NCBI GenBank assembly: GCA_017502545.1
Contig: JAFVUT010000147.1
Span: 1-38,428 of the forward strand
Length of the DNA: 38,428 nt
Source of the DNA: Ruminiclostridium sp.
Lineage (GTDB): Bacteria; Bacillota; Clostridia; Oscillospirales; Oscillospiraceae
Direction: 5' to 3'
In this document: positions 16,414-27,397 of the stretch, piece after piece
Position numbering within the stretch: position 1 is the stretch's first letter
How the letters are laid out: the number at the start of each line of letters is the position of its first letter
Made by a program: the position numbers and the translations under genes
Notes under the pieces: generated by a model
What the model saw: the letters and a program-made list of their open reading frames with translations, nothing else
The model's database searches: none
Told to the model about the DNA's origin: nothing

Positions 16414-17575
16414 CGTCGTCGAAGTCGTCTGCGCTTATGTCAATGCCGCGGGGGGCGGGAGCTGCCGCCTTGGGCTGGGCTGCGTGGGTGATGGTCTCCT
16501 CCTGGGGGGCACGGCCTGCGGCACGGGCGGCAGCCTGGGCCTGGGCGCTGAGGAGCTTGAAGGAGTTGACCCGGATCTGCTCCTCCACCTGGTCGCAGAT
16601 CTCGGGATTCTCCATGAAGTACTGCTTCACGGAGTCACGGCCCTGGCCGATGCGCTCGTCGCCCATGGAGAACCAGGAACCGCTCTTGTGGACGATGTCC
16701 AGCTTCACCGCCAGGTCCACCAGCTCGGCGTACTTGGAGATACCCTCGCCGTACATGATGTCGAACTCGGCCTCCCGGAAGGGGGGAGCCACCTTGTTCT
16801 TGACCACCTTGGCACGGGTGCGGTTGCCGATGACCTCGCCGCCCACCTTCAGGGCCTCCACCCGGCGCACGTCGATGCGGACGGAGGAGTAGAACTTCAG
16901 GGCGCGGCCGCCGGTGGTGACCTCGGGGTTGCCGTACATAACGCCCACCTTCTCACGGAGCTGGTTGATGAAGATGACCACGCAGTTGGTCTTGGAGATG
17001 GAGCCGGCCAGCTTACGGAGGGCCTGGCTCATGAGGCGGGCCAGGAGGCCCACGTGGGCATCGCCCATGTCGCCCTCAATTTCGGCCCGGGGGACCAGAG
17101 CGGCCACGGAGTCCACCACGATGACATCCAGAGCGCCGGAGCGGACCAGCGCCTCGCAGATCTCCAGACCCTGCTCGCCGGTGTCGGGCTGGGCGATGAG
17201 CATATCGTCAATGTTCACCCCCAGAGCACGGGCATAGGTGGGGTCCAGGGCGTGCTCGGCGTCGACGAAGGCCACCTCGCCGCCACGCTTCTGGGCCTCT
17301 GCTGCAATGTGCAGGGCCAGGGTGGTCTTACCGGAGGATTCGGGACCGTAGATCTCGATGATACGGCCACGGGGCACGCCGCCGATGCCCAGAGCCAGGT
17401 CCAGGGCCAGGGAGCCGGTGGGGATGGCCTCCACCATGACCCGGCTGTTGTCCCCCAGGCGCATGATGGAGCCCTTGCCGTAGGCCCGCTCGATCTGGGC
17501 CATGGCGGTCTCCAGGGCCTTTTTCTTGTCAGAAGCCGGCGCTGCCGACTCGATCATTTTCTTTTTCTCTGCCAT
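16403..17575 (-). CDS. recA: Recombinase RecA
   Basis: [23 protein letters not shown] and [16 protein letters not shown]. Confidence 0.99.
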   Translation of the reverse strand: MAEKKKMIESAAPASDKKKALETAMAQIERAYGKGSIMRLGDNSRVMVEAIPTGSLALDLALGIGGVPRGRIIEIYGPESSGKTTLALHIAAEAQKRGGEVAFVDAEHALDPTYARALGVNIDDMLIAQPDTGEQGLEICEALVRSGALDVIVVDSVAALVPRAEIEGDMGDAHVGLLARLMSQALRKLAGSISKTNCVVIFINQLREKVGVMYGNPEVTTGGRALKFYSSVRIDVRRVEALKVGGEVIGNRTRAKVVKNKVAPPFREAEFDIMYGEGISKYAELVDLAVKLDIVHKSGSWFSMGDERIGQGRDSVKQYFMENPEICDQVEEQIRVNSFKLLSAQAQAAARAAGRAPQEETITHAAQPKAAAPAPRGIDISADDFDDDED

Positions 17576-18484
17576 TTATGCTTCCTCCTTCATGTCATGG
17601 AGCAGGTCAGGGATCTCTCGTTCTTTGGGGCGCATTCCCTGGACCACACGGTCGATCTTACCGGTGTCCCGGGTGATGCAGATGTTTTCGTAGCCTGCCT
17701 TCAGCAGGATCATGGCCACAGCCTCGGACTGGCCGATGCCCACCTCGAAGAGGATGCGGCCGCCGGGCTTCAGGGCGGGCTGCCAGAGAGTGGCAATGGC
17801 CCGGTAGAAGTCCAGGCCGTCGGCACCGCCGTCCAGAGCCATCATAGGCTCAAAGTTCTTCACGGAGTCGTCCAGGCCGGGGATGTCTCCGGTGGGGATG
17901 TAGGGGGGATTGCTCACCAGGATGTCGAAGTTCCCCAGGGCGTGGCTGGGTGCCTGCATGGCATCCCCTTTCAGGTGGACCACCCGGCCGGTGAGGTTGT
18001 GGCGGCGGATGTTCTTCTTGCACAGGTCCAGGGCCCCGTCGGACAGGTCCACCAGGACGGCCCGGGCGTTCTTGACATGGTGGGCGATGGAGATGCCCAC
18101 GCAGCCCGACCCGGCGCACAGGTCCAGGACCCGGGTGTTGCCCCCCACCTCCTTCAGGCAGGTGATGGCACGGTGGGCCAGGATCTCGGTGTCCACCCGG
18201 GGAATGAGGACCTGGGGACCCACGTCAAAGGTGAGGCCCAGGAAGGACCACTCCCCCACAATGTAGGCCACAGGCTCCCCCTTGGCCCGACGCTGGAGCA
18301 TCTGGTCCACGGTGGCCGCCACCTCATCGGTGGTGTACAGGTTCAGGTCCTGCAGGAGCTTTTCCGGGCTTTTCCCGGCGGCGGCACAGAGGAGCTCCCG
18401 GGCCTCCAGGCGGTTGGCCTCGATGCCCATGGCTCCCATGGCCTTGCAGGTGTTCAAATACAGATCATGATATGTGATCGCCAT
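17576..18484 (-). CDS. prmC: Release factor glutamine methyltransferase
   Basis: RRAKGEPVAYI, VLIPRVDTE, LDLCAGSG and SNPPY. Confidence 0.95.
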   Translation of the reverse strand: MAITYHDLYLNTCKAMGAMGIEANRLEARELLCAAAGKSPEKLLQDLNLYTTDEVAATVDQMLQRRAKGEPVAYIVGEWSFLGLTFDVGPQVLIPRVDTEILAHRAITCLKEVGGNTRVLDLCAGSGCVGISIAHHVKNARAVLVDLSDGALDLCKKNIRRHNLTGRVVHLKGDAMQAPSHALGNFDILVSNPPYIPTGDIPGLDDSVKNFEPMMALDGGADGLDFYRAIATLWQPALKPGGRILFEVGIGQSEAVAMILLKAGYENICITRDTGKIDRVVQGMRPKEREIPDLLHDMKEEA

Positions 18485-18530
18485 GATACGCACCCCAATC
18501 ACAATAGAGTTTACAGTTTACGGTAGGTTT

Positions 18531-18608
18531 TGTAGGGGCGATTCACGAATCGCCCGCCACCCAGAGGGTTTGACACAGGTTTCGGGCGCTTCGTGAAGCG
18601 CCCCTACG
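18531..18608. repeat. GTAG-type REP inverted pair (family 2)
   Basis: GTAGGGGCGATTCACGAATCGCCCG...CGGGCGCTTCGTGAAGCGCCCCTAC. Confidence 0.75.
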
Positions 18609-18637
18609 AAGAATGGGTTCGTTGAAGATGCTTGGAT

Positions 18638-19633
18638 TTACCATTGGTCATCGCCCTGCTTTTCGGGCAGGACTCGAACAAGGGCCTCAATGGCCACCTC
18701 CAGCATGGAGTCGTCCGGCTCGAAGGTGGTGAAGTTCTGCATCCACAGGCCGGGGGCCGAGAGGATGCGGGTCACCACATTGTCGTGACGGCCGATGAAG
18801 CGGTTGAGCTCATAGGTCACCGACACGATGAAGGGGAGCATCACCAGATGGAGCAGGATGCGCACCAGGGCGTTGGTGGCCACCTCCCGGATGCCGGGCA
18901 GCTCAAAGACCACGCAGGAGGCCAGGATGGCGATGGCGATGACCACAAACAGGAAACTGGTGCCGCAGCGGGGATGGTGCCGGGGCATTTGGCGGGCGTT
19001 CTCCACGGTGAGCTCCAGGCCCCGCTCGTAGCAGAATATCGTCTTGTGCTCGGCCCCGTGGTACTGGAAGGTCCGGTGGATGTCCTTCATTTTCGAGCAG
19101 AGGTAGAGGTACAGGAAGAATATGATGAGCTTCACCACACCCTCCAGCAGGTTCCGCAGCCACATGGGTGCCTCCGGGAAGAAGTACAGCAGTCCCGAGG
19201 TGGCCAGGGTGGGCAGAACGATGAAGAGGAGGAGGGACAGGCCGATGCCCAGGACCACCGCCACGGCAATGATCCACTTCATGAGGGCCTCGCTGCCGAA
19301 CTTGGCCTCGATCCACTTTTCGAATTTGGTGGGTTCTTCCTCCTCCTCGGGGTAGAACTCCGCCGACCACATGAGGGCCTTCATGCCGTTGACCAGGGAG
19401 CCGATGAAGGTGAACACGCCCCGGATGAAGGGCAGACCCAGGATGGGGTGCTTGTCCTTGATGAGCTTCAGCTCATCCTCCTTGATCTCCAGACCGCCCT
19501 CCTGGTTGCGGACCACGATGGCCTGCTTCTGAGGGCCCCGCATCATGATGCCCTCGATGAGGGCCTGCCCACCAATGGTGGTACGGAAGGTGCAGCCGTT
19601 GTTCTCTGCACCGCAGTTGTTTTTGTTTTCCAT
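18638..19633 (-). CDS. DUF1385 domain membrane protein
   Basis: IGGQALIEGIMMRG, FQYHGAEHK and HPRCGTSF. Confidence 0.9.
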   Translation of the reverse strand: MENKNNCGAENNGCTFRTTIGGQALIEGIMMRGPQKQAIVVRNQEGGLEIKEDELKLIKDKHPILGLPFIRGVFTFIGSLVNGMKALMWSAEFYPEEEEEPTKFEKWIEAKFGSEALMKWIIAVAVVLGIGLSLLLFIVLPTLATSGLLYFFPEAPMWLRNLLEGVVKLIIFFLYLYLCSKMKDIHRTFQYHGAEHKTIFCYERGLELTVENARQMPRHHPRCGTSFLFVVIAIAILASCVVFELPGIREVATNALVRILLHLVMLPFIVSVTYELNRFIGRHDNVVTRILSAPGLWMQNFTTFEPDDSMLEVAIEALVRVLPEKQGDDQW

Positions 19634-19747
19634 AGTGTCTCCTAAAGCCTGCATACCGCAGGGAAAATATGCCGGGTCAGACACCTGGAAGGGGTGCTGA
19701 CTCCATGGTAACAAACCTTGCCCCAAAAAGCAAGGATTTTCTCGAAC

Positions 19748-21205
19748 TTATGTTCCAGTCGGCAGACGGATCTCTGCCACACAGCCCCCCCGGTCGTCCT
19801 CGGCGTTGCGGATGATGAGCTGGCCGTTGTGGCGGGAGATGATCTCCTCGCAGACGGCCAGGCCAATGCCGCTGCCCCGGGCGGTGGAGCTTCCCTTGTA
19901 GAACTTGTACTTTACGTTGGGCAGCTCCTCGGGCGGGATGCCGGGGCCGAAGTCCCGGATGGTGATGACCACGTCCCCTGCATCGGGGAAGATGGCGGTC
20001 TCGATGCGCCGGCCGGCACCGCCGTGCTTGGCGGCGTTGTCCAGCAGGTTGCAGAAGACCTGGCGGAGGCGGTCGGGGTCCCCGGGGATGGGGGCGAACT
20101 CCTCCTCACAGTCGTGGTGGTAGACGAAGATCCCCTCGGCGGCCAGGAACTCGTGGTAGGTGTACACGGCGTCCTCCAGCTCGGCCTTGATGTCCATGGG
20201 CTCGATGGACAGGGTGAAGCGGCCGTCCTCGATACGGGAGAACTCCAGCAGCTCCTCCACCATGCCGGAGAGACGACGGGCCTCACTGGCGATGATGCCC
20301 ATGCCCTTGCGGATGTCGGAGGCATCCCGGGCCTCGCCGTTCATGATGGTCTCGGCCCAGCCGGTGATGGCGGTGAGGGGGGTGCGCAGCTCGTGGGAGA
20401 CCGAGGAGATGAATTCCGACTTCATGCTCTCGGCCTGTTTGATGCGCTGGGACATATCGTTGATGGCGTCGGTGAGATCACCGATCTCGTCATCGAAGGC
20501 TTTTTCCACCTGGATGCCGTAGCTGCCGTCGGCAATGCGCTGGGCGGCAGAGGTGATGGTCTTCACCGGCACCTCGATGGACTTGACGAAGTAGACGTTG
20601 GAGATGTACACCAGGACCAGGACCCCCAGGGCCATGGCGGCAGCCACCAGGGTGAGGGTGGTCACCTGACGGTCCACCACCCGCATGGAGGTCACATAGC
20701 GCATGATGCCCACCAGGTCATCGTCATAGACCAGGGGGGCGGACACGGCGGTGATCCGCTCTCCCGTCTGGGGGGAGACCCCCTTCCAGGAGGAGATCTG
20801 CCGGGTCTCCTGGAGCTGGGTGATGTCCGCCGTCCCGGGCATGGTGCCCGAGAGGGTCAGGCCGTTGGAGGAGTAGACCACCTTCCCGGCGGGGTTCAGG
20901 AACTGGAGCTCGATCTTGCTGCCGTCCTCAAAGGAGGTGACGTAGTCCTGGGCCGCGGTGAGGTAGTCCCCCCGGTCGGGGTCGGTCCCGGCGTAGGTGC
21001 TGAAATAGGTGGCCGCCGTCCGGGCCTTGCTCTCCATGTCGGAGAGGATACTGCTGTCGTAGTAGTTCTTCATGACCAGGGAGCAGGCGATGACCAGCAC
21101 CGTCAGGATGACCACCAGGACGCTGATGCTGCTCAGCAGCCATCGCTTCCGGATGCCCCGGACCCGTAAGAACGGAATGTTGGGTAAGGATATCATGGTA
21201 TCCAT
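19748..21205 (-). CDS. HAMP-domain sensor histidine kinase
   Basis: Two TM helices, a HAMP domain (DEIGDL), H-box SHELRTPL, NLLDNAAK, DFGPG and GSGIGL. Confidence 0.95.
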   Translation of the reverse strand: MDTMISLPNIPFLRVRGIRKRWLLSSISVLVVILTVLVIACSLVMKNYYDSSILSDMESKARTAATYFSTYAGTDPDRGDYLTAAQDYVTSFEDGSKIELQFLNPAGKVVYSSNGLTLSGTMPGTADITQLQETRQISSWKGVSPQTGERITAVSAPLVYDDDLVGIMRYVTSMRVVDRQVTTLTLVAAAMALGVLVLVYISNVYFVKSIEVPVKTITSAAQRIADGSYGIQVEKAFDDEIGDLTDAINDMSQRIKQAESMKSEFISSVSHELRTPLTAITGWAETIMNGEARDASDIRKGMGIIASEARRLSGMVEELLEFSRIEDGRFTLSIEPMDIKAELEDAVYTYHEFLAAEGIFVYHHDCEEEFAPIPGDPDRLRQVFCNLLDNAAKHGGAGRRIETAIFPDAGDVVITIRDFGPGIPPEELPNVKYKFYKGSSTARGSGIGLAVCEEIISRHNGQLIIRNAEDDRGGCVAEIRLPTGT

Positions 21206-21230
21206 CCTTTTAGATCATAGATTTCAAAAA

Positions 21231-21365
21231 GCCTCGCAGAGTTTCGCCGCCTTGGCGGCGAAACAAAATTCAATGTGTTTTCCGGCGCGACATGCGCGTG
21301 CCGGAAAACTCTTCTCGGCCTGCAAACGTACAGGCCTTTGGCCTGTGCGCTGCAGCAGGCCGCAA
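21231..21365 (-). repeat. Structured intergenic repeat family 1 copy (inverted)
   Basis: The reverse complement matches 836-971; it sits between the response regulator and the kinase. Confidence 0.8.
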
Positions 21366-21409
21366 TCTCACTTTTGGGAGCCCAGCGCAGCGGGTCCCAA
21401 AAGTCTTGC

Positions 21410-22093
<684 letters not shown>

Positions 22094-22141
22094 TGTCCTG
22101 CTCCTTTCAGGTGTTGGTATGGGATCGGGAAGGGCTTCCCG

Positions 22142-23527
22142 TTAATGACTGTAGCTCCAGGTACCGGCGTTCAGATGGAAGCGCTGGCGGAGGGATTCCT
22201 CATCCAGCCCGCAGTCCCAGCCGTCGAAGAATTCCCCGGCGAAGATGGTGGTGCTGTCCGAGGACAGGATGAAGCGGCTGCCCAGCTGGGCCAGTTCCCC
22301 CCGGTCTGCCCCCATGAGGGTGGAGATGGCCAGGAAGGTCTGGGGTTGGGCATCGGAGGTGTTGTCCTCCCCTTCGTCCTCCTCCTCTGCGGCCAGTTCC
22401 ACACCCTGGGCAAAGAGGACGTTGCGGACACCGGTGGCGGAGTTCTCCTGGCGGCACATGGAGAAGGCCCCGGTCCAGTCGTCGGGGATCTCCAGATACC
22501 AGCCGTCCCCGCTGTGGTAGGTGGTGAGGACCTGGACAGAGGTACCGTCAGACCGATAGGCCATCCAGTGGAGCCACCAGAACTCCCCGGCGGTGGAGGT
22601 GCCGTAGGCAGGCACGGACTGGGCCACGGGGACCTCGGTGATGCCGTCCCCGTTCATGTCAGCGGGGTGGACCCCGGCGTAGTAGTGATAGATGTCTCCG
22701 CTGCGGTGGGTGTCCCCGGAGAGGGCAATGTTTTCCAGGCCCTGGTCCCCCAGGCAGAAGACATCGGTGATGAGATCCTCCTTGCCATAGTAGGAGGTCA
22801 CGAAGAGGGCGGGGACCTCATCGGCCAGCAGGCCGGCCGTCCAGGTGTGGATCTCTGCCGCTCCCGCGGACAGGGGGGTGGCAGAGATCAGATCCATGCG
22901 GCCCTCCAGGCCGTCGTAATACTCCACCTTCCAGTTCCCCGGGCTGTCTCCTCCGGGCTGGGTGAGGACCAGCTCCTCCTGCCCGTCCCGGTCCAGGTCG
23001 GCGGCCAGATAATCACCGTAACCGCTGCGGAGAATCTCCACAGGCTGGCCGTCCTTGACGGCGTAGCCCACCAGGTCACGGACCGAGGCATTCACCTGCC
23101 AGCTCACCAGGATCTCACAGCCGGCAGGCTCGCAGAGCTCCAGGTAGTCGATGGACTCGATCTCGGTGCCCACGCCCTCGATGCGGGCCCAGGGCTGGTA
23201 CTCCCCGTCCTCATCCTGGCGGAAGAAGACGATCTTCAGGGGGGCATCCGCCTGGGCATCCCGGAAAAAGGCCACCGCCTCCTGGGTGCCGTCCCCGTCC
23301 ACATCCACCAGCTGGATGGTCTGACGGTTCTCACCGCTCAGGGGGGCGATATACTCGGCATTCCCCTTTTCTTCATTGATCTTGGCCTGGAGGTTCACAT
23401 AGGCCTCCGAGGATTTGGGCAGGGCGTACATCTCCTCCACGCTGCTGAACACGCAGCCGGAGAGGCCCGTCAGGCAGAGAAGCAGGGCCATAAGGCCCAG
23501 GATCTTTCTGGCCATGGGGTCGGTCAT
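22142..23527 (-). CDS. Putative lipoprotein with FG-GAP/VCBS-like Ca-binding motifs
   Basis: Lipobox LSGC and repeated DVDGDG, DLDRDG and DMNGDG motifs. Confidence 0.7.
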   Translation of the reverse strand: MTDPMARKILGLMALLLCLTGLSGCVFSSVEEMYALPKSSEAYVNLQAKINEEKGNAEYIAPLSGENRQTIQLVDVDGDGTQEAVAFFRDAQADAPLKIVFFRQDEDGEYQPWARIEGVGTEIESIDYLELCEPAGCEILVSWQVNASVRDLVGYAVKDGQPVEILRSGYGDYLAADLDRDGQEELVLTQPGGDSPGNWKVEYYDGLEGRMDLISATPLSAGAAEIHTWTAGLLADEVPALFVTSYYGKEDLITDVFCLGDQGLENIALSGDTHRSGDIYHYYAGVHPADMNGDGITEVPVAQSVPAYGTSTAGEFWWLHWMAYRSDGTSVQVLTTYHSGDGWYLEIPDDWTGAFSMCRQENSATGVRNVLFAQGVELAAEEEDEGEDNTSDAQPQTFLAISTLMGADRGELAQLGSRFILSSDSTTIFAGEFFDGWDCGLDEESLRQRFHLNAGTWSYSH

Positions 23528-23694
23528 CCCCCTTTCTGTATGGTCATGCGGGCAGTTCCCGCCATAGTATCATCATAATATTGTATCATACCACATCCGG
23601 CGCGATTTTCCTATATCAAATTGAAAAATCCCGAAGAAAAACCCTTGCCTTGGGACGGCCTCTGTTGTATAATCAATCCGATTTGTAAATACAC

Positions 23695-23781
23695 GCCGGT
23701 GTGATGAAATTGGTAGACGTAGCGGACTCAAAATCCGCCGCTGGCAACAGCGTACCGGTTCGAGTCCGGTCACCGGCACCA
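23695..23781 (+). tRNA. tRNA-Leu(CAA)
   Basis: GCCGGTG acceptor stem, anticodon arm GCGGA-CTCAAAA-TCCGC, long variable arm, TTCGAGT T-loop and encoded CCA. Upstream promoter TTGCCT-17-TATAAT. Confidence 0.96.
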
Positions 23782-23953
23782 AAAAAAGCAGGACCCCGCA
23801 TGGGGCCCTGCCTTTTTTGGTGCCGGTGGTCTGTTGCGCAGAATCGGCTTCCGGCGACGGGCTCGCTCTGCGAGCCCTAGTGCCCGAAGGGCGTCGAGTC
23901 CGGTCACCATGCAAAAGCCCGATTTGTCTTTTTGACAAATCGGGCTTTTGCAA

Positions 23954-24122
23954 TGATATCCGTTCCTGACGGAACGGGTGATATATCTTCGATATGATAT
24001 CCACCTGCGGTGGATGATATATGCCTGCGGCATATGAAGGAACGGATATCACATCATATTTGCCTTTGGCAAATATATCATGCGGCTTCGCCGCACATCA
24101 TATCCCGCAAGGGATATATCAT
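23954..24122. repeat. Array of short hairpins separated by GATAT/ATATC motifs
   Basis: Examples are ATCCACCTGCGGTGGAT, ATATGCCTGCGGCATAT, ATATTTGCCTTTGGCAAATAT and ATATCCCGCAAGGGATAT. Confidence 0.6.
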
Positions 24123-24148
24123 TTCACAATGCCCCTCCGGGGCAAGCT

Positions 24149-24670
24149 TCATTCCCTCCCCCGGCTCTTCTCAAACCGGAAAAAGCCATCCCCGCTATCT
24201 CCTTCGAATTCACCGGGCATGGGATGCTTGGAATGGAAATACTCCACGATATGAAACCCGCATTTGTTCACATAGAAGTGGATATTCCGGGTCTCAAAAT
24301 AGGGGGTAAAGGTCTCCCAGACCTCTGCCTCCGGGTAGCGGGCCTGGATGGCCTCCCAGGCTGCCTGACCCACACCCCTGCTGTGGCAGTCCACATCCAC
24401 ATACAGCAAAAGAAGCTCCGCCCGGCGGGTCTCAGGTTTCCAGGCAACCACTGCACCCCCTACCGCTTGGCCTTCCAGAAGGATCTGCCAGCTCTCGGCC
24501 CCCGGCTCATCAAAGGCACCTTCCACATCCTCCCGGGGAATGACCTCGGTCCCATCGTCCCCGTATTTTTCCACAAAGGCCTGCTTGAAGGCTGGCTGTA
24601 TGCCCCGGATAAAGGACTCTCTGTCCTCTGCTGCCAGAGGACGCAGGATGATTTTGGGTAATTCTCTCAT
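24149..24670 (-). CDS. GNAT family N-acetyltransferase
   Basis: HSRGVGQ acetyl-CoA motif and RNIHFYVNKCGF; RBS AGGAGG. Confidence 0.88.
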   Translation of the reverse strand: MRELPKIILRPLAAEDRESFIRGIQPAFKQAFVEKYGDDGTEVIPREDVEGAFDEPGAESWQILLEGQAVGGAVVAWKPETRRAELLLLYVDVDCHSRGVGQAAWEAIQARYPEAEVWETFTPYFETRNIHFYVNKCGFHIVEYFHSKHPMPGEFEGDSGDGFFRFEKSRGRE

Positions 24671-24684
24671 GTTGACCTCCTAAA

Positions 24685-24854
24685 AACAAAAAAGCCCCAT
24701 TATTGCCTCATGCAATAACCGAGCTCACTCGACATCTTCTCTGACAGGCGGCCTGCAAGCGGTGCGCTTACGATCCCCTACACTACGGTGTACTGTCCTC
24801 CGATGGAACTATGGATTTCTCTCGCATGGTATCATAGCTTCCCGTTCCTGTCAA
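24685..24854 (-). promoter_or_regulatory. Promoter plus about 135-nt structured leader with terminator upstream of the GNAT gene
   Basis: TTGACA-17-TACCAT (24854-24826). The leader ends in a TTATTGC/GCAATAA hairpin and GGGGCTTTTTTG just before the RBS. Confidence 0.5.
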
Positions 24855-24970
24855 TCATCCTTTGGACACGCAGTGGATTGACACCCCGCCCGCAATATAG
24901 TACACTATTCCTGTCTATCGAAGCTATTTTTTAGACAAATCAGACAATCTGCACAAAATGGAGGCTATTT

Positions 24971-26188
24971 ATGAAATCGATCCACAAAATTCTCAGGGGT
25001 CTTTTGGCTGTATCCCTTGCGATCGTCCCCCTGTGCTCCTGCGCATCCCAAACCGAATCGGCGGAACCCGTGATCGCCGACGGACTTCCCGGCTTTACTG
25101 TAGAAGGTGAAACCGATCTCAGCGGCAATTTCTATCTTTCCTTCCCCTATACCCGAGATCTCATCATGCTCGACGGAAAAGGTAATATCGTCTGGTCTAA
25201 GCACGAAGACATTTCTGCACCCTCCGGTCTCGGTTCCTTCTGGGACTTCAAAAAGCACGAAGTGGATGGTGAGATCTATTACAGCTACCACGATGAAACA
25301 GGCACCTATGATAACTACGGTCTGATGGGGTACTCTCCGGGAGAGCGTGTCATTCTGGACAAAGACTTCCAGGAGATCAAGCGGATCACCTTCGAGGCAT
25401 CCGACGTCGTGGAGCAAGGGGCCCCTCTTGACGGTCATGATTTTCTTATGATCGATCTGGATCACTACATCCTCTCAGGATACATCAAGGACACCGTGTA
25501 TAATATCCCCGGATACGAAGACGGCACAAAGGTGATCTTCTCCTACCTCCAGGAGGTCAAAGACGGCCAGGTGGTCTGGGACTTCAACAGCACCGACTAC
25601 CCCGAGCTGTATGGGCTGACCACCGTTGCCTCTGAAAGCATGATCGGCGCCGATGACTTTGCCAACCAGCTCACCGACGGCCCTGACTACATCCATTTTA
25701 ACTCCATGCGGATCGCCGACGACGGCAGCCTGGTGTGTTCCTTCCGCCACATTCATTCCATCCTGGGCCTGGACCGCACCACCGACAGGGATCAGATCCT
25801 GTGGACTCTGTCCGGCCCCGGAGATGAGTTTGGCCTGTCCGAATGGCAGAAGTCCAGCGGTCAGCACTACGCTGCCATTGACGGCGACTATATCACCCTC
25901 TTTGACAACGGCAATGGGTCCGCTTCCTCCCGTGTGGTCTCTTACTGCATCGATCCTGCCGCCAAAACTCTGGAAGCCTTCCGTTCCTATTCCCTGGGGA
26001 ATAAATACTCGGAAGCCTGCGGCTCTGCCCAGCATCTGTATGACGAAGTATATGTGATCGGCTGGGGTGCCTCCATCCGAGATGCCGATTGTATGACCGT
26101 CTGCGATTTCAGCACAGGCGAGACCCTGATGACGGTTGCACTGGACAATCCTCAGAGCCCCACCTACCGCTGTGTCTATTACGATTGA
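24971..26188 (+). CDS. Aryl-sulfate sulfotransferase (ASST)-like lipoprotein
   Basis: Signal peptide with LCSC; motifs DGHDF, DYIHFNS, SFRH, GQH and LFDNGN. Confidence 0.75.
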   Translation: MKSIHKILRGLLAVSLAIVPLCSCASQTESAEPVIADGLPGFTVEGETDLSGNFYLSFPYTRDLIMLDGKGNIVWSKHEDISAPSGLGSFWDFKKHEVDGEIYYSYHDETGTYDNYGLMGYSPGERVILDKDFQEIKRITFEASDVVEQGAPLDGHDFLMIDLDHYILSGYIKDTVYNIPGYEDGTKVIFSYLQEVKDGQVVWDFNSTDYPELYGLTTVASESMIGADDFANQLTDGPDYIHFNSMRIADDGSLVCSFRHIHSILGLDRTTDRDQILWTLSGPGDEFGLSEWQKSSGQHYAAIDGDYITLFDNGNGSASSRVVSYCIDPAAKTLEAFRSYSLGNKYSEACGSAQHLYDEVYVIGWGASIRDADCMTVCDFSTGETLMTVALDNPQSPTYRCVYYD

Positions 26189-26288
26189 CCCGGACTGCAA
26201 AAGCCAGCAACCTCCCCCCTCTGAATTGACACCCCACAAATAATCCGCTATACTAAATCATTATTCTGTCGATTCGGGAGGGTTTCCC

Positions 26289-27173
26289 ATGTCCATCCTC
26301 AAAAATCCCCGCCTGGCCATCATCATCGCCATGGCGTCCTTTGGTACCCTGGCCATCTTCGTCCGAAACATCTCCGTCACCTCCGGCGAGCTGGCCCTGT
26401 ACCGGGCCGTTCTGGCCATCATCCTCCTCTCCGGCTACTTCCTGGTGACCCGTCAGTCCATCCAGCTGAAGGCCATCCGAAAGGAACTCCCCCTCCTGCT
26501 CCTCTCCGGCGTGGCCATGGGCTTTAACTGGATCCTCCTCTTTGAGGCCTATAAGTACACCACGGTCTCCGTGGCTACCCTGAGCTACTACTTCGCCCCG
26601 GTCATCGTCACCGCCGTCTGCCCCTTCCTCTTCAAGGAAAAGCTCACCCCCAAGCAGATCCTCTGCTTTATCATGTCCACCCTGGGCCTGGTGCTGGTCA
26701 TCGGCATCAGCGACCTGGGCAGTGGAGCGGGTACCGACCACATCGGCATGGCCTTCGGCCTGGGGGCTGCCGTCCTCTACGCCACCGTGGTCCTGCTGAA
26801 CAAGTTCATCAAGGGGGTGGCCGGTATCCAGCGGACCTTCCTTCAGTTTTTCGCCGCCGCCGTGGTGCTGATCCCCTATGTGGCCGCCACCTCCGGCGTG
26901 ACCCTTGGCACCATGGACGGCAAGGGCTGGGTCTGCCTGCTGGTGGTGGGTCTTTTCCACACCGGCGTGTGCTACTGCCTGTACTTCACCTCCCTGAAGG
27001 AGCTCTCCGGCCAGGAGGCCTCCATCCTCAGCTATGTGGACCCCCTGGTGGCCGTGCTGGTCTCCGTCTTTATCCTGGGGGAGGCCATGACCGTCACCCA
27101 GCTGGTGGGCGGTGTCCTCATCCTGGGCTTCACCCTGTGGAACGAGCTGGAACCAAGAAAAAAGAAAGCATAA
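26289..27173 (+). CDS. DMT/EamA family transporter
   Basis: About 10 TM helices in two repeats; YYFAPVIV and SYVDPLVA. Confidence 0.9.
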   Translation: MSILKNPRLAIIIAMASFGTLAIFVRNISVTSGELALYRAVLAIILLSGYFLVTRQSIQLKAIRKELPLLLLSGVAMGFNWILLFEAYKYTTVSVATLSYYFAPVIVTAVCPFLFKEKLTPKQILCFIMSTLGLVLVIGISDLGSGAGTDHIGMAFGLGAAVLYATVVLLNKFIKGVAGIQRTFLQFFAAAVVLIPYVAATSGVTLGTMDGKGWVCLLVVGLFHTGVCYCLYFTSLKELSGQEASILSYVDPLVAVLVSVFILGEAMTVTQLVGGVLILGFTLWNELEPRKKKA

Positions 27174-27230
27174 CGAAAGCCCGTAGGCGCAGGCCTACGG
27201 GCTTTGCATATATTCGGAGCAGGTCCCCTA

Positions 27231-27373
27231 GCCTCCCCTGTGAGGGGAGGTTCCCCGAAGGGGTGGAGGGGTGCGGGGTCTAAGGATATGCTGTCGTACC
27301 GGTACGACAATTTATCTGCAAGGATAACACCCCTCAGGCTGCTTCGCATCCAGCTCCCCTCTAAAGGGGAGCC
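27231..27373. repeat. Structured intergenic repeat family 3
   Basis: Paralogue of 13665-13810, including TGTCGTACCGGTACGACA. Confidence 0.8.
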
Positions 27374-27397
27374 TTTTTTCTCTCTAACACAGGTCCT

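Noticed and set aside
16403-16560. Ala/Pro-rich, acidic C-terminal tail on RecA
   Set aside because: RecA C-terminal tails are variable; there is no sign of an intein or fusion.
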